This document shows, one piece after another, positions 63,760 through 64,000 of a stretch of 64,000 nucleotides of DNA. The notes beneath the pieces are model-generated. The model was given only the letters and a program-made list of their open reading frames with translations, did no database searches and was not told the origin of the DNA. Location of the stretch: contig CM120648.1 in the NCBI GenBank assembly GCA_051362555.1, positions 20,332,587 to 20,396,586 on the forward strand, written 5' to 3'. Position 1 is the first letter of the stretch. Each line of letters begins with the position of its first letter. The position numbers and the translations under genes are program-made. The stretch comes from Lingula anatina (Eukaryota > Animalia > Brachiopoda).

Positions 63760-64000
63760 AAAGTCTTACCTGTAAATGTGCTGGTCTCGGTAAGTAAGTT
63801 ATATATATATATATATGAAAGTCTTACCTGTTAATGTGCTGGTCTCGGTAAGTAAGTTATATATATATATATATATGAAAGTCTTACTTGTAAATGTGCT
63901 GGTCTCGGTAAGTAAGTTATATATATATATATATATATATGAAAGTCTTACTTGTAAATGTGCTGGTCTCGGTAAGTAAGTTATATCTATATATGAAAGT
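30021..64000 (-). CDS. fumA: Class I (Fe-S, FumA/FumB-type) fumarate hydratase, spliced; 5' exons lie beyond the window end
   Basis: Ten phase-compatible GT-AG exons (59054-59192, 57279-57379, 50781-50987, 50279-50405, 49349-49539, 48955-49065, 39003-39209, 34617-34736, 30592-30709, 30021-30121) give 473 aa collinear with bacterial FumA. Motifs include [35 protein letters not shown] and [16 protein letters not shown]. Confidence 0.95.
30315..30630 (-). repeat. 63-bp donor-junction tandem array (5 copies)
   Basis: Unit contains ..GAGTACCCTGAACTTG|GTAGGTG, the end of exon 30592-30709. Confidence 0.92.
30592..30709 (-). CDS. fumA: Class I fumarase exon
   Basis: [39 protein letters not shown]. 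Confidence 0.92.
30695..30830 (-). repeat. 28-bp acceptor-junction array (5 copies; 2 more at 32318-32378)
   Basis: Unit ttttattttcacag|GTAACAAGAGCATG. Confidence 0.9.
30831..32317. mobile_element. Helentron-associated non-autonomous element (HINE-like) inserted into the 28-bp array
   Basis: Inserted in an A-run with no TSD. It has a hairpin GAGGCG-ATAC-CGCCTC, sub-terminal inverted repeats GTACCTCCAGC / GCTGGTGGTAC, and internal degenerate repeats. Confidence 0.65.
32518..34627 (-). repeat. 29-bp donor-junction tandem array (~70 copies)
   Basis: Unit contains GAAGTAAACAG|GTCA, the end of exon 34617-34736. Confidence 0.95.
34617..34736 (-). CDS. fumA: Class I fumarase exon
   Basis: [41 protein letters not shown] degenerate duplicate of the acceptor and exon start lies at ~34773-34856. 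Confidence 0.92.
35177..38238 (+). repeat. 21-bp minisatellite (GGCAGACAAGTAGGATGTGAA), ~100 copies, interrupted by a LINE fragment
   Basis: Periodicity seen at 35177-35341 and 36272-38238. Confidence 0.95.
35342..36271 (+). mobile_element. 5'-truncated L2/CR1-group LINE 3' fragment
   Basis: The 254-aa frame has [19 protein letters not shown] and HITPIL..LHWLPV. There is an (ATT)n tail at ~36253-36271. Confidence 0.9.
38441..39014 (-). repeat. 30-bp donor-junction tandem array (~19 copies)
   Basis: Unit AAAACACCTGAG|GTATATTACTTTGCTTAT. Confidence 0.95.
39003..39209 (-). CDS. fumA: Class I fumarase exon
   Basis: [69 protein letters not shown]. Confidence 0.93.
39346..42493. mobile_element. 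3.1-kb non-autonomous TIR transposon
   Basis: 25-bp TIRs CGGTAA(T/A)GTGCCATGAATTTCGAAC with TATA on both sides and repeated sub-terminal GAAATTCA motifs. Internal parts resemble segments in and beside the inverted-repeat arms. Confidence 0.8.
39628..39789. mobile_element. 162-bp MITE nested in the 3.1-kb element
   Basis: CAGGCCCGTAGCCAG...CTGGCTACGGGCCTG perfect TIRs, flanked by a CATAG direct repeat. Confidence 0.75.
42820..44009 (-). repeat. 66-bp donor-junction array, distal part (~18 copies)
   Basis: Unit CCAAATATTTACCTGAT...GAAGTAATTAAG|GTGAGTATCAGTA. Confidence 0.95.
44010..48698. mobile_element. Tc1/mariner-like non-autonomous element, copy 2 (4.7 kb, with a 313-bp internal tandem duplication)
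   Basis: TA duplication within the 66-bp array and the same termini as 21575-25964. The internal duplicate units start at 47749 and 48062. Confidence 0.85.
48699..49008 (-). repeat. 65/66-bp donor-junction array, proximal part
   Basis: Contiguous with the end of exon 48955-49065. Confidence 0.92.
48955..49065 (-). CDS. fumA: Class I fumarase exon
   Basis: [37 protein letters not shown]. Confidence 0.9.
49349..49539 (-). CDS. fumA: Class I fumarase exon
   Basis: [14 protein letters not shown]...[38 protein letters not shown]. Confidence 0.93.
49524..49789 (-). repeat. 52-bp acceptor-junction array (~5 copies)
   Basis: Unit ..ctgactttgaccacattctag|GTAACAAACATGGCAGA. Confidence 0.9.
49794..50297 (-). 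repeat. 54-bp donor-junction array (~9 copies)
   Basis: Unit ATGACTTGTCCACATCTG|GTAGGTGTG. The distal copies have GT changed to GC. Confidence 0.92.
50279..50405 (-). CDS. fumA: Class I fumarase exon
   Basis: [42 protein letters not shown]. Confidence 0.93.
50781..50987 (-). CDS. fumA: Class I fumarase exon
   Basis: [24 protein letters not shown]...[33 protein letters not shown]. Confidence 0.93.
51561..51786. mobile_element. Short Helentron-associated (HINE-like) element
   Basis: AACTAGAAAAGCACTCTGAGAGCGCAGACCTCTGCCAAG ... CTTGGCAGAGGTAA, with sub-terminal inverted repeats and a terminal hairpin. Confidence 0.65.
51851..52140 (-). mobile_element. Fragment resembling DIRS/Ngaro (tyrosine-recombinase retroelement) gag
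   Basis: ..[37 protein letters not shown] resembles the Y..YL..I..LA..F.W.SV motif. It is bounded by (TA)n on both sides. Confidence 0.5.
52355..53381 (+). mobile_element. 5'-truncated LINE 3' end (RTE-X-like) with CCHC zinc knuckle
   Basis: [23 protein letters not shown] and LCQIC...[11 protein letters not shown] motifs, an AATAAA+(GAATCT)n tail, and a candidate TSD CCAAGGG at 52348 and 53382. Confidence 0.8.
55166..55440. mobile_element. Palindromic MITE (truncated relative at ~56190-56365)
   Basis: Long imperfect arms AGCCAAGTG.TAGCAAGG..TAATCCTGTAATGGTCTCT and their reverse complement. Confidence 0.65.
55475..56645 (+). repeat. 45-bp minisatellite in two blocks
   Basis: Unit ATCATGTAGCTGACTAAATCATGTAGCCAAGGCCTTACCCAGAGA at 55480-56156 and ~56365-56640. 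Confidence 0.92.
56757..57172 (+). repeat. 43-bp minisatellite (~10 copies)
   Basis: Unit GAACTCCCTGTACATTAGTGACCAAACTGTAGGTTCACAAATT. Confidence 0.92.
57279..57379 (-). CDS. fumA: Class I fumarase exon
   Basis: [34 protein letters not shown]. Confidence 0.92.
57500..57876. mobile_element. 377-bp Kolobok-type MITE, copy 2
   Basis: TTAA on both sides. Reverse complement of 17185-17561. Confidence 0.85.
57997..59070 (-). repeat. 53/54-bp donor-junction array (~20 copies)
   Basis: Unit contains GACAGCCATTGTGATGG|GTGAGT. Confidence 0.95.
59054..59192 (-). CDS. fumA: Class I fumarase exon
   Basis: [46 protein letters not shown]. Confidence 0.93.
59312..60518 (-). repeat. Donor-junction array with variable (TA)n spacers, distal part
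   Basis: Unit TACTTACTGAGACCAGCACATTTACAG|GTAAGAC translates as YLLRPAHLQ, the expected end of the upstream fumarase exon (FumA has FMLRPAHQQ). Confidence 0.9.
60519..63377. mobile_element. 2.86-kb non-autonomous TIR element inserted in (TA)n
   Basis: Perfect 21-bp TIRs CAGTCATTCTTTGCTAGTGGT / ACCACTAGCAAAGAATGACTG, with AT(AT) flanks. No recognisable transposase. Confidence 0.8.
63384..64000 (-). repeat. Donor-junction array with (TA)n spacers, proximal part (runs off the window)
   Basis: Same LRPAHLQ|gtaag unit as 59312-60518. Confidence 0.9.

Overview
AT-rich, repeat-dense animal genomic DNA with GT-AG introns. It is probably a lophotrochozoan such as a mollusc, which is an inference from the repeat types and gene content. 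Two spliced genes can be assembled by hand. One is a 7-exon plus-strand gene (20045-27779) for a 240-aa secreted protein with four 6-Cys domains. The other is a convergent minus-strand gene (30021 to beyond 64000) for a class I [4Fe-4S] fumarate hydratase (FumA/FumB type), with 10 coding exons in the window. An IAP-type RING terminal exon (11731-11915, minus) lies between two ~1.78-kb inverted arms. The most unusual pattern is that 7 of 10 fumarase splice donors and 3 acceptors, plus 2 acceptors of the neighbouring gene, are tandemly duplicated into the adjacent intron, and each repeat unit carries the exon end and its splice site. The rest of the window is LINE fragments, TIR elements and MITEs, Helentron-associated elements and minisatellites. 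All coordinates and alignments were read by eye.
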